From a virus (lineage: Duplodnaviria; Heunggongvirae; Uroviricota; Caudoviricetes), in the IMG/VR virus record IMGVR_UViG_2700989428_000001: a DNA stretch of 11,666 nucleotides. One strand, 5' to 3'. Below the pieces are notes generated by a model that saw only the letters and a list, made by a program, of their open reading frames with translations, searched no databases and was not told the DNA's origin. Numbering within the stretch: position 1 is the stretch's first letter; each line of letters starts with the position of its first letter. The position numbers and the translations under genes are program-made. Positions 1-8,767 of the stretch are shown here, piece after piece.

Positions 1-651
1 ACCGTCTGCGGTTTTACGCTCCAGTTCCAGGTAAAACGCCATATGGTTGATACCTGCGCAACGGTAACGCAGCGTAGCCGGGTCGATATTGAGGTCACGC
101 GCCAGCTCTTCCGCCGTTCCCTGCACCGAATGGCACAGCCCTACCTGCTTGATATGCGGATAGCGGGCATACATCGCCCAGGTATTCATCGCCATTGGAT
201 TAACGTAGTTGAGCATGGTGGCATCGGGGCAGACTTCCGTCATGTCCTCGCAAATTTGCCACAGGTGCGGAATGGTACGTAGCGCGCGCATAATACCGCC
301 CGGCCCCAGCGTATCGGCAATGGTTTGTTCCAGACCATGCCGCTTACAGACCTCGAAATCAGTCACCGTGCAAGGTTCATAACCGCCAATCTGAAATGCC
401 ACCACCACAAAATCAGCATCCTGTAAGGCTTCTTTCTGTTGGGTGTGGCAGGTGATTTTGCCGCTGGCCCCTGCTGAATCCATCAGCTTACGCACCACAA
501 TGTGCGACTCTTCCAGGCGGGTGGGATCGATATCCATCAGGGCAATATGCGCCGTTTTCAGCGCCTCACGATGGAACACATCACCAAGAATATTTTTAAC
601 GAAAATCGTCGAACCAGCGCCGATAAATGTAATTTTAGGTGCAGACATCAT
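1..651 (-). CDS. melA: alpha-galactosidase (melibiase), N-terminal ~217 codons; 3' end lies beyond the window start
   Basis: Reverse-complement translation from 651 reads MMSAPKITFIGAGSTIFVKNILGDVFHREAL..., with the Rossmann GAGS motif of family 4 glycosidases and matching E. coli MelA as I recall it. AGGAG sits 6 nt upstream of the ATG on the minus strand. The frame stays open to position 1. Confidence 0.9.
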   Translation of the reverse strand, partial: MMSAPKITFIGAGSTIFVKNILGDVFHREALKTAHIALMDIDPTRLEESHIVVRKLMDSAGASGKITCHTQQKEALQDADFVVVAFQIGGYEPCTVTDFEVCKRHGLEQTIADTLGPGGIMRALRTIPHLWQICEDMTEVCPDATMLNYVNPMAMNTWAMYARYPHIKQVGLCHSVQGTAEELARDLNIDPATLRYRCAGINHMAFYLELERKTADG

Positions 652-934
652 GCAGATCTCCTGGCTTGCTTGAATGACTTCATCATGGCAGGCGATATCG
701 CAGAAAACCTCCGGTTTCCCGGTTGAGCATTCCCAAAAACTCAGATCCTAAGTGGCACATCAATAGATCTGAGTTTATGGGAATAAATTACCTGAAAAGC
801 TGAATAATCGACCCCAGTCTTCTCATCCGCTCTCCTCGCACCTCCAGGGAGAGAAATAAAAACCGTGCGCCTGTTCGCAGTCATCCTCCCTCACTCCTGC
901 CATAATTCTGATATTCCAGGAAAGAGAGTCATCC
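652..934. promoter_or_regulatory. divergent melAB / melR promoter region (expected MelR and CRP operator sites)
   Basis: 283-bp non-coding gap between divergently oriented melA and melR. Established knowledge places the MelR sites and CRP sites of both promoters here. Individual sites were not mapped; only the palindromes listed separately were seen directly. Confidence 0.5.
737..776. promoter_or_regulatory. perfect 11-bp inverted repeat (aaactcagatc ... gatctgagttt) with 18-bp spacer in the mel control region
   Basis: Arms at 737-747 and 766-776 are exact reverse complements. Location is about 90-125 bp upstream of the melA start. It may correspond to a pair of inverted MelR half-sites or another operator, but this is not resolved. 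Confidence 0.35.
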
Positions 935-1849
935 ATGAATACAGATACGTTTATGTGCAGCAGCGACGAAAAGCAGACCCGTAGCCCACTGTCGCTGTAT
1001 TCAGAATACCAGCGGATGGAAATTGAGTTTCGCGCACCGCATATCATGCCCACCAGCCACTGGCATGGTCAGGTCGAAGTGAATGTGCCTTTCGATGGCG
1101 ATGTGGAATACCTGATCAACAATGAAAAAGTGAATATCAATCAGGGTCATATCACGCTGTTCTGGGCCTGTACACCGCACCAACTAACAGATACCGGAAC
1201 CTGTCAGAGCATGGCGATTTTTAATCTGCCGATGCATCTGTTTCTCTCCTGGCCGCTGGATAAAGACCTGATTAACCACGTCACTCACGGCATGGTGATC
1301 AAATCACTGGCGACACAGCAACTTAGCCCGTTTGAAGTGCGCCGCTGGCAGCAGGAATTAAACAGTCCGAACGAGCAAATTCGCCAGCTCGCCATTGATG
1401 AAATTGGCCTGATGCTCAAGCGATTTAGCCTCTCTGGCTGGGAACCGATTCTGGTCAATAAAACCTCGCGCACACACAAAAACAGCGTCTCGCGCCATGC
1501 CCAAACTGATCGGCATTACAGCCAGATGCTGGGCTTTATTGCCGAAAACTATGATCAGGCGCTGACCATCAACGATGTGGCTGAGCACGTCAAACTTAAC
1601 GCCAACTATGCAATGGGGATATTCCAGCGGGTCATGCAATTGACGATGAAACAGTACATTACCGCGATGCGCATCAACCACGTTCGCGCGTTACTGAGCG
1701 ATACCGATAAAAGTATTCTCGATATTGCCCTGACGGCAGGCTTTCGTTCGAGTAGCCGTTTTTACAGCACGTTCGGCAAATATGTCGGCATGTCGCCGCA
1801 ACAATACCGCAAACTTAGCCAACAGCGCCGCCAGACGTTTCCCGGCTAA
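935..1849 (+). CDS. melR: AraC/XylS-family transcriptional activator of the melibiose operon
   Basis: 304-codon ORF beginning MNTDTFMCSSDEKQTRSPLSLYSEYQRMEIEFRAPHIMPTSHWHGQVEV..., with a C-terminal AraC-type double HTH (..ALTAGFRSSSRFYSTFGKYVGMSPQQYR..). It is divergent from melA, as in E. coli. Confidence 0.9.
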   Translation: MNTDTFMCSSDEKQTRSPLSLYSEYQRMEIEFRAPHIMPTSHWHGQVEVNVPFDGDVEYLINNEKVNINQGHITLFWACTPHQLTDTGTCQSMAIFNLPMHLFLSWPLDKDLINHVTHGMVIKSLATQQLSPFEVRRWQQELNSPNEQIRQLAIDEIGLMLKRFSLSGWEPILVNKTSRTHKNSVSRHAQTDRHYSQMLGFIAENYDQALTINDVAEHVKLNANYAMGIFQRVMQLTMKQYITAMRINHVRALLSDTDKSILDIALTAGFRSSSRFYSTFGKYVGMSPQQYRKLSQQRRQTFPG

Positions 1850-2047
1850 AGACGATATCAGTATCAGCCAAAAAAATAGTTTAGCCGTCGATAATAAGCA
1901 GTGAAAATAATTTAAAATAATCACATAACGTATTGTTTATAAAAATAAATATTTCAAAAATGTTTGTTTTTCACGCGCTTTACAGCCCGAAAAGGCCGGA
2001 AGATACTTGCCCGCAACGAAGATTCCTTCATAACCGGGTAAGCAATG
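1850..2047 (+). promoter_or_regulatory. AT-rich adiA upstream region (expected acid/anaerobiosis-responsive adiA promoter)
   Basis: About 200 bp of AT-rich non-coding sequence (aataatttaaaataatcacataacgtattgtttataaaaataaatatttcaaaaatg) between the melR stop and the adiA start. Promoter elements were not mapped. Confidence 0.3.
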
Positions 2048-4344
2048 ATGAAAGTATTAATTGTTGAAAGCGAGTTTCTCCATCAAGACACCTGGGTCGG
2101 TAACGCCGTTGAGCGTCTGGCAGATGCTTTAAGCCAGCAAAATGTTACCGTGATTAAATCCACCTCCTTTGATGATGGTTTTGCCATTCTCTCTTCAAAC
2201 GAAGCCATTGACTGCCTGATGTTCAGCTATCAAATGGAACATCCGGACGAACATCAAAACGTCAGACAATTGATCGGTAAGCTTCATGAGCGCCAACAAA
2301 ACGTGCCGGTCTTCCTGTTGGGCGATCGGGAAAAAGCCCTCGCCGCAATGGACCGGGATCTGCTGGAGCTTGTCGATGAATTCGCCTGGATTCTGGAAGA
2401 TACCGCCGACTTTATCGCCGGACGCGCCGTTGCCGCGATGACCCGCTACCGCCAGCAGCTATTGCCGCCACTGTTCAGCGCGCTGATGAAATATAGCGAC
2501 ATCCATGAATATTCCTGGGCAGCGCCAGGCCACCAGGGCGGCGTTGGTTTTACCAAAACACCCGCCGGACGTTTCTACCATGACTATTATGGTGAAAATC
2601 TGTTCCGCACCGACATGGGTATCGAACGCACTTCCCTCGGTTCTTTGCTTGACCATACTGGCGCATTTGGCGAAAGCGAAAGATATGCCGCACGCGTATT
2701 TGGTGCCGATCGCTCCTGGTCGGTAGTCGTCGGTACTTCCGGCTCTAACCGCACCATCATGCAGGCTTGCATGACCGATAACGATGTAGTGGTCGTTGAC
2801 CGTAACTGCCATAAATCCATCGAACAAGGCTTGATGCTGACAGGCGCGAAACCGGTCTACATGGTGCCAAGCCGCGCTACAAGGTCTACATGGTGCCAAG
2901 CCGCAACCGCTACGGCATTATCGGGCCAATCTATCCGCAGGAAATGCAACCTGAAACCTTGCAGAAGAAAATCAATGAAAGCCCGCTGACCAAAGACAAA
3001 GCCGGGCAAAAACCGTCTTACTGCGTGGTGACCAACTGCACCTATGACGGCGTGTGTTATAACGCTAAAGAAGCACAGGATCTGCTGGAAAAAACCTCCG
3101 ATCGTCTGCACTTTGACGAAGCCTGGTACGGCTATGCACGTTTCAACCCGATCTATGCCGATCACTATGCCATGCGCGGCGAACCTGGCGATCACAACGG
3201 TCCTACCGTTTTCGCCACCCACTCCACCCACAAACTGCTGAATGCGCTGTCACAGGCCTCTTATATTCATGTACGTGAAGGTCGTGGGGCGATTAACTTC
3301 TCCCGCTTCAACCAGGCCTACATGATGCATGCCACCACCTCCCCGCTGTATGCCATCTGCGCATCCAACGACGTGGCGGTGTCGATGATGGACGGCAACA
3401 GCGGCCTGTCACTGACCCAGGAAGTGATCGACGAAGCGGTTGATTTCCGTCAGGCGATGGCGCGGCTATATAAAGAGTTCACCGCTGACGGTAGCTGGTT
3501 CTTCAAACCGTGGAACAAAGAAGTCGTCACCGACCCACAAACCGGCAAAACCTATGACTTTGCTGACGCACCAACCAAACTGCTGACCACCGTTCAGGAC
3601 TGCTGGGTCATGCATCCGGGCGAAAGCTGGCACGGCTTCAAAGATATTCCGGATAACTGGAGTATGCTCGACCCGATTAAAGTCAGCATCCTTGCTCCGG
3701 GAATGGGTGAAGATGGTGAACTGGAAGAAACCGGTGTTCCGGCGGCGCTGGTCACAGCCTGGCTTGGTCGCCACGGCATTGTGCCTACCCGTACCACTGA
3801 CTTCCAGATTATGTTCCTGTTCTCTATGGGCGTGACCCGTGGGAAATGGGGGACTCTGGTTAACACCCTTTGCTCCTTCAAACGCCACTATGATGCCAAC
3901 ACACCGCTGGCGCAGGTGATGCCGGAACTTGTTGAACAATATCCTGACACTTACGCGAACATGGGGATTCACGATCTGGGTGACACCATGTTTGCCTGGC
4001 TGAAAGAAAACAACCCTGGCGCACGGTTGAATGAAGCCTATTCCGGCCTACCGGTGGCGGAAATCACCCCGCGTGAAGCGTACAACGCGATTGTCGACAA
4101 CAATGTCGAACTGGTATCCATTGAAAATCTGCCAGGACGTATCGCGGCAAACTCAGTTATCCCGTATCCGCCAGGAATCCCGATGCTGCTGTCTGGTGAA
4201 AACTTCGGCGATAAAAACAGTCCGCAAGTAAGTTATTTACGCTCGCTGCAATCCTGGGACCATCATTTCCCTGGATTTGAACACGAAACAGAAGGGACAG
4301 AAATTATTGACGGTATTTACCACGTTATGTGTGTGAAAGCGTAA
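2048..4344 (+). pseudogene. adiA: biodegradative arginine decarboxylase, frameshifted by a 29-bp insertion at 2876-2904
   Basis: ORF 2045-2989 encodes the N-terminal ~277 residues (MKVLIVESEFLHQDTWVGNAVERL...LTGAKPVYMVPSR) and then runs out of frame into a stop. ORF 2890-4344 in another frame resumes MVPSRNRYGIIGPIYPQEMQ... through the C-terminus ...IIDGIYHVMCVKA. Removing 29 bp restores one 755-codon frame (2297 - 29 = 2268 nt = 756 codons including stop). Confidence 0.85.
2854..2904 (+). repeat. imperfect tandem duplication: 22-bp unit ggtctacatggtgccaagccgc twice (2854-2875, 2883-2904) separated by 7-bp filler gctacaa
   Basis: Read directly from the sequence. The period is 29 bp, not a multiple of 3. 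The filler resembles the downstream native cgctac, suggesting a templated or slippage-type event. Confidence 0.85.
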
Positions 4345-4360
4345 CCACTATTCCGCTGAA

Positions 4361-4387
4361 GGCGTAATTGTTAAATAACATTACGCC
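4361..4387 (+). other. imperfect hairpin just 3' of the adiA stop
   Basis: ggcgtaattgtta / taacattacgcc arms form a ~12-bp stem with one bulge. No U-tract follows, so it is a structured 3'-UTR element rather than a clear terminator. Confidence 0.3.
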
Positions 4388-4461
4388 GCCTGGCTTGAGG
4401 CCTTTTAAGTATGGCAACGTTTTCATAAAAATTGCTGCAAACAAAAAATGTCATGCTTTTT

Positions 4462-4488
4462 GCGCGGTCCCACCCCGCGCTTTTTTTT
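4462..4488 (+). terminator. rho-independent terminator downstream of adiA
   Basis: GC stem gcgcgg (4462-4467) / ccgcgc (4475-4480) with 7-nt loop tcccacc, followed by T8 (4481-4488). Confidence 0.6.
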
Positions 4489-4560
4489 GCCTGTTATTTA
4501 TCCTTTTTTGCCTGTTATTTATCCTTTTTTTAGCCTGTTATTTATCCTTTTTTTAGCCTG
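4489..4560. repeat. tandem repeat array, about 3.3 copies of a 21-23-bp unit gcctgttatttatcc(t)6-7(a)
   Basis: Copies at 4489-4509, 4510-4532 and 4533-4555, plus a partial copy gcctg at 4556-4560. It starts immediately after the terminator T-tract. Confidence 0.8.
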
Positions 4561-4563
4561 TAA

Positions 4564-4632
4564 AAAAATATGTACATGAGAAATTACTATAAAAATTTGT
4601 ACATGAGAAATTACTATATAAAAATTTGTAAT
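4564..4632. repeat. tandem repeat, about 2.4 copies of a 27-28-bp unit aaaaat(a/t)tgtacatgagaaattactat(a)
   Basis: The 20-nt core tgtacatgagaaattactat is identical at 4571-4590 and 4598-4617 (period 27). A third partial copy taaaaatttgta follows at 4619-4630. It lies in the adiY upstream region. Confidence 0.75.
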
Positions 4633-4752
4633 ATTAGTAAAACTCGTTATTTTTATGCATGTTTATATTCATCATACAATTATATAACCATTTCCCGGTA
4701 TCGCTTCGCTTTAGCGAGAACTGGTCTTTTATTCGCACTCAGGAGTACATGT

Positions 4753-5514
4753 ATGAGGATTTGCAGCGACCAACCTTGTATTGTTTTATTGACTGAAAAA
4801 GATGTCTGGATAAGGGTGAATGGGAAAGAACCTATTAGCCTTAAAGCTAACCACATGGCGTTATTAAATTGTGAAAATAATATTATCGACGTCTCCTCTC
4901 TTAATAACACTTTGGTTGCTCATATTAGTCACGACATCATCAAAGATTACCTCCGGTTTCTGAATAAAGATCTCTCGCAAATACCAGTATGGCAACGTAG
5001 CGCTACGCCCATCCTCACCCTTCCATGCCTGACGCCAGACGTCTTTCGCGTTGCCGCGCAGCATAGCATGATGCCCGCTGAAACTGAGTCAGAAAAGGAA
5101 CGAACACGTGCATTATTATTCACTGTGCTATCCCGTTTTCTCGACAGTAAAAAATTCCTTTCACTAATGATGTATATGTTACGTAATTGTGTAAGTGACA
5201 GCGTTTATCAAATTATTGAAAGCGATATCCACAAAGACTGGAATCTTAGTATGGTAGCCAGTTGTTTATGTCTTAGCCCAAGTCTGTTAAAGAAAAAGCT
5301 GAAAAGCGAAAACACCAGTTATAGCCAAATAATCACCACCTGCCGCATGCGTTATGCCGTAAATGAATTAATGATGGACGGTAAAAATATCTCTCAGGTA
5401 TCACAGTCCTGCGGCTACAACAGTACGTCGTACTTTATTTCTGTCTTTAAAGACTTCTACGGTATGACGCCGCTGCATTATGTTAGTCAGCACAGAGAAC
5501 GCACTGTCGCCTGA
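4753..5514 (+). CDS. adiY: AraC-family transcriptional regulator of the adi system
   Basis: 253 codons beginning MRICSDQPCIVLLTEKDVWIRVNGKEPISLKANHM..., with AGGAG 7 nt upstream of the ATG at 4753 and a C-terminal AraC-type HTH. The six-frame ORF from 4570 is an in-frame 5' extension through the repeat region and is not the real start. Confidence 0.88.
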   Translation: MRICSDQPCIVLLTEKDVWIRVNGKEPISLKANHMALLNCENNIIDVSSLNNTLVAHISHDIIKDYLRFLNKDLSQIPVWQRSATPILTLPCLTPDVFRVAAQHSMMPAETESEKERTRALLFTVLSRFLDSKKFLSLMMYMLRNCVSDSVYQIIESDIHKDWNLSMVASCLCLSPSLLKKKLKSENTSYSQIITTCRMRYAVNELMMDGKNISQVSQSCGYNSTSYFISVFKDFYGMTPLHYVSQHRERTVA

Positions 5515-5650
5515 TTTTTAACCTTAACGAAGAGCTATATTAATAACGGCATCAGCGATAACCCGGCCGATAATAATTCAACTATCGAATGCAGGCGTAT
5601 GATATGACGTAATTTATTGTCACGAAGCTCGCCTTCGCAGGAGTTTAATT

Positions 5651-6228
<578 letters not shown>

Positions 6229-6229
6229 T

Positions 6230-6307
<78 letters not shown>

Positions 6308-6316
6308 TTGCAGATA

Positions 6317-6706
6317 TTACTCTTTTTTCTCCGTATCTGCATCGGGTTCATCAGCAAATAGCTTGCCCTGCATCCGATCCAGTTCTTCTTTTCTTACCCG
6401 CTTAACCACGCTGTAGACCCACTGAAGCGAAACACCAAATTTGCGGGCCAGTTCGTGGTGGTTGCGTCCGTTAAACTCCCTGAAGATTTCCCGGTCGCGC
6501 TGACTGACCTTCCATACCATGCCCATCGGGAAATAAACGTTTTGCCCGCCCCAGACCTGCATCATTCGGTTCGCGACGGCCTGACCAATCTGGTCGGCAA
6601 CTTCGGGCTCAATATCAATAATCTCGCGAACGGTCTCAGAGGTATGCTGTGCCAGTTCCACCAGGAGTTCCGGCCCCTTACTTCGAAACTGATTCAGGTC
6701 GCTCAT
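6317..6706 (-). CDS. Mor/C-family-like small transcriptional activator (middle-operon-regulator position)
   Basis: 129 codons (MSDLNQFRSKGPELLVELAQHTSETVREIIDIEPEVADQ...FNGRNHHELARKFGVSLQWVYSVVKRVRK...), with GGGAG 6 nt upstream. Size, acidic N-terminus, C-terminal HTH-like segment and position after a GemA-like gene fit Mu Mor. The assignment is from recall, not a search. Confidence 0.55.
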   Translation of the reverse strand: MSDLNQFRSKGPELLVELAQHTSETVREIIDIEPEVADQIGQAVANRMMQVWGGQNVYFPMGMVWKVSQRDREIFREFNGRNHHELARKFGVSLQWVYSVVKRVRKEELDRMQGKLFADEPDADTEKKE

Positions 6707-7127
6707 GTTTGACTCCCGCAGCTCTGCGCTGCCACTTCTTCAGTTTCTCAATAACACTGCTTGCCTGTTCAGTACTGAGCCAGCGCAGGGCGCTGATGCC
6801 CGTTTCCCGCTTGATCCACCTCGCTAATGCATTTTCTGAACGGTCACGAACAATGCCGGCAGCAGCCATTTCAAGCCATAGCGCACGAATTTTCCTGGAC
6901 TGCGGATGGTTATCAAGCGGTAAACCGGAGCTGGCTTTTCTGGCTGGTTTAACGCGAAAGCCTTTCTTTTTCATGGATTCCAGCACGCAGTTTAGTTGTG
7001 TGGTATCCATTCCTTTGGTTGAGGCTTTACCGGTCAGCCCCTGTAACATCTGGCGGTAGGTGTCTTCATCCATACCCAGTTCATTACGGGCAATATGGAT
7101 AAGCTGTATCAGGCGTTTTTTCTGCAT
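6678..7127 (-). CDS. GemA-like (Mu gp16 / DUF1018-type) regulatory protein
   Basis: 149 codons (MQKKRLIQLIHIARNELGMDEDTYRQMLQGLTGKASTKGMDTTQLNCVLESMKKKGFRV...), with GGAG 5 nt upstream. Its 3' end overlaps the next gene by 29 nt. Position immediately upstream of the Mor-like gene is as in Mu. Confidence 0.5.
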   Translation of the reverse strand: MQKKRLIQLIHIARNELGMDEDTYRQMLQGLTGKASTKGMDTTQLNCVLESMKKKGFRVKPARKASSGLPLDNHPQSRKIRALWLEMAAAGIVRDRSENALARWIKRETGISALRWLSTEQASSVIEKLKKWQRRAAGVKHERPESVSK

Positions 7128-7128
7128 A

Positions 7129-7335
7129 TCATCTCCTTTTTTTCAGTCTGTCGGCAACAATGTCGGTTGCAGCTGGCAGGGTGACTGGCCAGAACAACAT
7201 GACGGCGGTCATGTACAGGATGTAATGCGCGGTGTCGTAGTGCCTGCCATAGCCCAGGGAACGATGAAGTCTTGCGCTGCATGATCCTGCGTACATATAC
7301 CAGAAAAGAAAACAGACAATGGTTTCAGTAGTCAT
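7129..7335 (-). CDS. small hydrophobic (membrane) protein, 68 aa
   Basis: Internal start MTTETIVCFLFWYMYAGSCSARL... is preceded by GGAGG with an 8-nt spacer. The stop is 1 nt before the GemA-like ATG. The 120-codon six-frame ORF is probably an over-extension. Confidence 0.4.
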   Translation of the reverse strand: MTTETIVCFLFWYMYAGSCSARLHRSLGYGRHYDTAHYILYMTAVMLFWPVTLPAATDIVADRLKKRR

Positions 7336-7555
7336 TCTGAATACCTCCCCATTCGATATGAATATTACGGGCAGCAATGACAGGGTCGTTATTCCACCAT
7401 GCACCTGACATGTATTTTTCAACCTGTTCGCGTCCGGCAATAACACCAATTGTGATCCCCGGCCTGACGTTCTTAAAAAAGGCGCGGGCAAAAAGGTATC
7501 TGGCAGATATTCGGCAGGCTTTTAATTTCCGGCTTTTACCTGATAGCGTAATCAT
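7325..7555 (-). CDS. hypothetical protein, 76 aa
   Basis: MITLSGKSRKLKACRISARYLFARAFFKNVRPG.... Its ATG overlaps the upstream stop as ATGA, GGAGG lies upstream, and its 3' end overlaps the next start by 11 nt. Confidence 0.4.
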   Translation of the reverse strand: MITLSGKSRKLKACRISARYLFARAFFKNVRPGITIGVIAGREQVEKYMSGAWWNNDPVIAARNIHIEWGGIQNDY

Positions 7556-8235
7556 CTGGCCTCCAGTTTCTGTTGTTCCTGCCCACTGACCGGGCGGTGC
7601 AGTCTGACGTTCTGCCCTTCACGAAACCCCGCATAGCGCGAGGCGTCGCCATTGCGGCTTCTTCCCGGTTTACGCGCCCTGGTGGTTTGCGTCTGCGGGT
7701 ATTTATGTTCCAGCCACTGCTGCATCAGTTCACGCTCATCATCGGTCAGGGCAAAGGACTGTATTTCACTGATAACGGCCAGCACCCAGCCTTCGGCAAA
7801 CTGGTCTCCACGGCTGGTGCGGGTGGCGGTTTTTATTCTTTTGTTCTGTGCACTGATATACTGCTGACGCGCCTTTTTCAGCTGACGGGCCAGCACTTCC
7901 CAGGTGTATGCAGCCAGTGCCGCACGTTCCCGGTTGCCGTAGAACCCCACAGACGGATGCGTGCCGGGGTGAATGATGGAGTTAACACCAAATACCTCGC
8001 GGATGATGTTCATCAGGCCCAGCATGTAGCGCGGTGGACGGAGACTGCCTGTCGGCCAGTAGTGACTGATGGTTTCATCAATATCACTCATAGCAATGTC
8101 GGAATGTGTGATGCCGTGAACATCCATCAGTTTACGGGCTCGGCGCAGTGCCAGAGCGGCCTCGTGCGGGTTGCCGGATGCGGCCAGCGCCAGCAACTTT
8201 TTCAGTTTCTCAATGTGTTTATTCTGGTCTGTCAT
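7552..8235 (-). CDS. hypothetical protein with DUF2786-like N-terminal helix (KLKKLLALAASGNPHEAALALRRARKLM), about 227 aa
   Basis: Start chosen at the ATG at 8235, which overlaps the upstream stop as ATGA; the six-frame ORF extends 12 codons further to 8271 with no SD. The basic C-terminal tail is rich in R/K/Q. Confidence 0.5.
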   Translation of the reverse strand: MTDQNKHIEKLKKLLALAASGNPHEAALALRRARKLMDVHGITHSDIAMSDIDETISHYWPTGSLRPPRYMLGLMNIIREVFGVNSIIHPGTHPSVGFYGNRERAALAAYTWEVLARQLKKARQQYISAQNKRIKTATRTSRGDQFAEGWVLAVISEIQSFALTDDERELMQQWLEHKYPQTQTTRARKPGRSRNGDASRYAGFREGQNVRLHRPVSGQEQQKLEAR

Positions 8236-8447
8236 TGTTCTGTATCTCCGGTATTTTTCTGCCGTTTCCATGCCCGGACAGCGTCGGACAGCTCTTTCAG
8301 GCTGTATGCTGCTTTAAGCTTTTCCCATAACCACTGTGTTGTTATGTGCATCAGCAGGGCAGCCAGGGCTGCCCCCGCACTGAGGCATGTCGCCAGGCCA
8401 GTAAGAATCAGTGTCCATGCGGTGATTTCCCTGAGTATGTCAGCCAT
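8232..8447 (-). CDS. small membrane protein, 71 aa (one predicted TM segment LILTGLATCLSAGAALAALL)
   Basis: MADILREITAWTLILTGLATCLSAGAALAALLMHITTQW..., with GGGAGG 6 nt upstream of the ATG. Confidence 0.45.
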   Translation of the reverse strand: MADILREITAWTLILTGLATCLSAGAALAALLMHITTQWLWEKLKAAYSLKELSDAVRAWKRQKNTGDTEQ

Positions 8448-8461
8448 TGAATGCCTCCCGG

Positions 8462-8758
8462 TTACTCGTTCGTGTAAATCACGCCCAGTCGTGCAGCCAG
8501 ACGTTCCAGTTTTTTCTGTTTGTGGAAGTCAATCAGCCGGTCCATCCCCTGAAGGCGCAGTTGCTCTGTCATGATTTCCACGTCTGCCAGCTCTGCCGCG
8601 AGGTCACTTTCGCTGCCCTGTCCGTTCAGGTTGCGGGCGGCACTGGCCGCCAGTTCAGCGGCCTCTTCTGCCAGTTTCAGGGCCTGTGCGTCCGGCCCGA
8701 AACGCTGCAGGGCCAGACGGTAGAGGGCGGTGCGGGTGAGTTCGGTGTTTCGTGTCAT
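8462..8758 (-). CDS. MazG-like all-alpha nucleoside triphosphate pyrophosphohydrolase domain protein, 98 aa
   Basis: MTRNTELTRTALYRLALQRFGPDAQALKLAEEAAELAASAARNL...DLAAELADVEIMTEQL.... The paired motifs LAEEAAEL and AAELADVEI resemble the metal-binding EExxE ... ExxD helices of MazG/HisE-type NTP-PPases. GAGGG lies upstream. Confidence 0.45.
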   Translation of the reverse strand: MTRNTELTRTALYRLALQRFGPDAQALKLAEEAAELAASAARNLNGQGSESDLAAELADVEIMTEQLRLQGMDRLIDFHKQKKLERLAARLGVIYTNE

Positions 8759-8767
8759 GCCGCGCCC

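Noticed and set aside
43-726. Plus-strand ORFs 43-282, 443-673 and 502-726
   Set aside because: They lie antisense within or across the melA coding region and its promoter. melA on the minus strand accounts for the region.
1844-1886. Possible terminator after melR (ggctaaa ... tttagcc)
   Set aside because: Only a 7-bp stem with a 29-nt loop and no following U-tract. Too weak to call.
2459-3231. Minus-strand ORFs 2459-2899, 2587-2820 and 2857-3231 inside adiA
   Set aside because: They are antisense to the adiA coding sequence, which is strongly supported. No independent signals.
4368-4556. 62-codon ORF spanning the adiA 3' UTR, terminator and tandem repeat array
   Set aside because: Its translation (FFCLLFILFCLLFILF) is just the repeat units read in frame. 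It covers a terminator hairpin and has no RBS.
4489-4632. Possible CRISPR array suggested by short direct repeats
   Set aside because: Repeat units abut one another with no unique spacers, are AT-rich and only 2-3 copies long, and no cas genes are nearby. They are simple tandem repeats.
4570-4752. 5' extension of the adiY ORF starting at 4570 (314-codon version)
   Set aside because: The extension reads through the AT-rich tandem repeats and promoter region. The conserved AdiY start MRICSDQ at 4753 has a proper AGGAG RBS.
7573-8574. 333-codon plus-strand ORF (and other plus-strand ORFs at 8447-8932, 8730-8990, 9040-9318, 9384-9689, 10282-11034) across the prophage region
   Set aside because: They run antisense to a continuous, translationally coupled minus-strand gene array with good SD sequences. 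They have no RBS and have Arg/Cys/Ser-rich low-complexity translations typical of shadow ORFs in GC-rich antisense frames.
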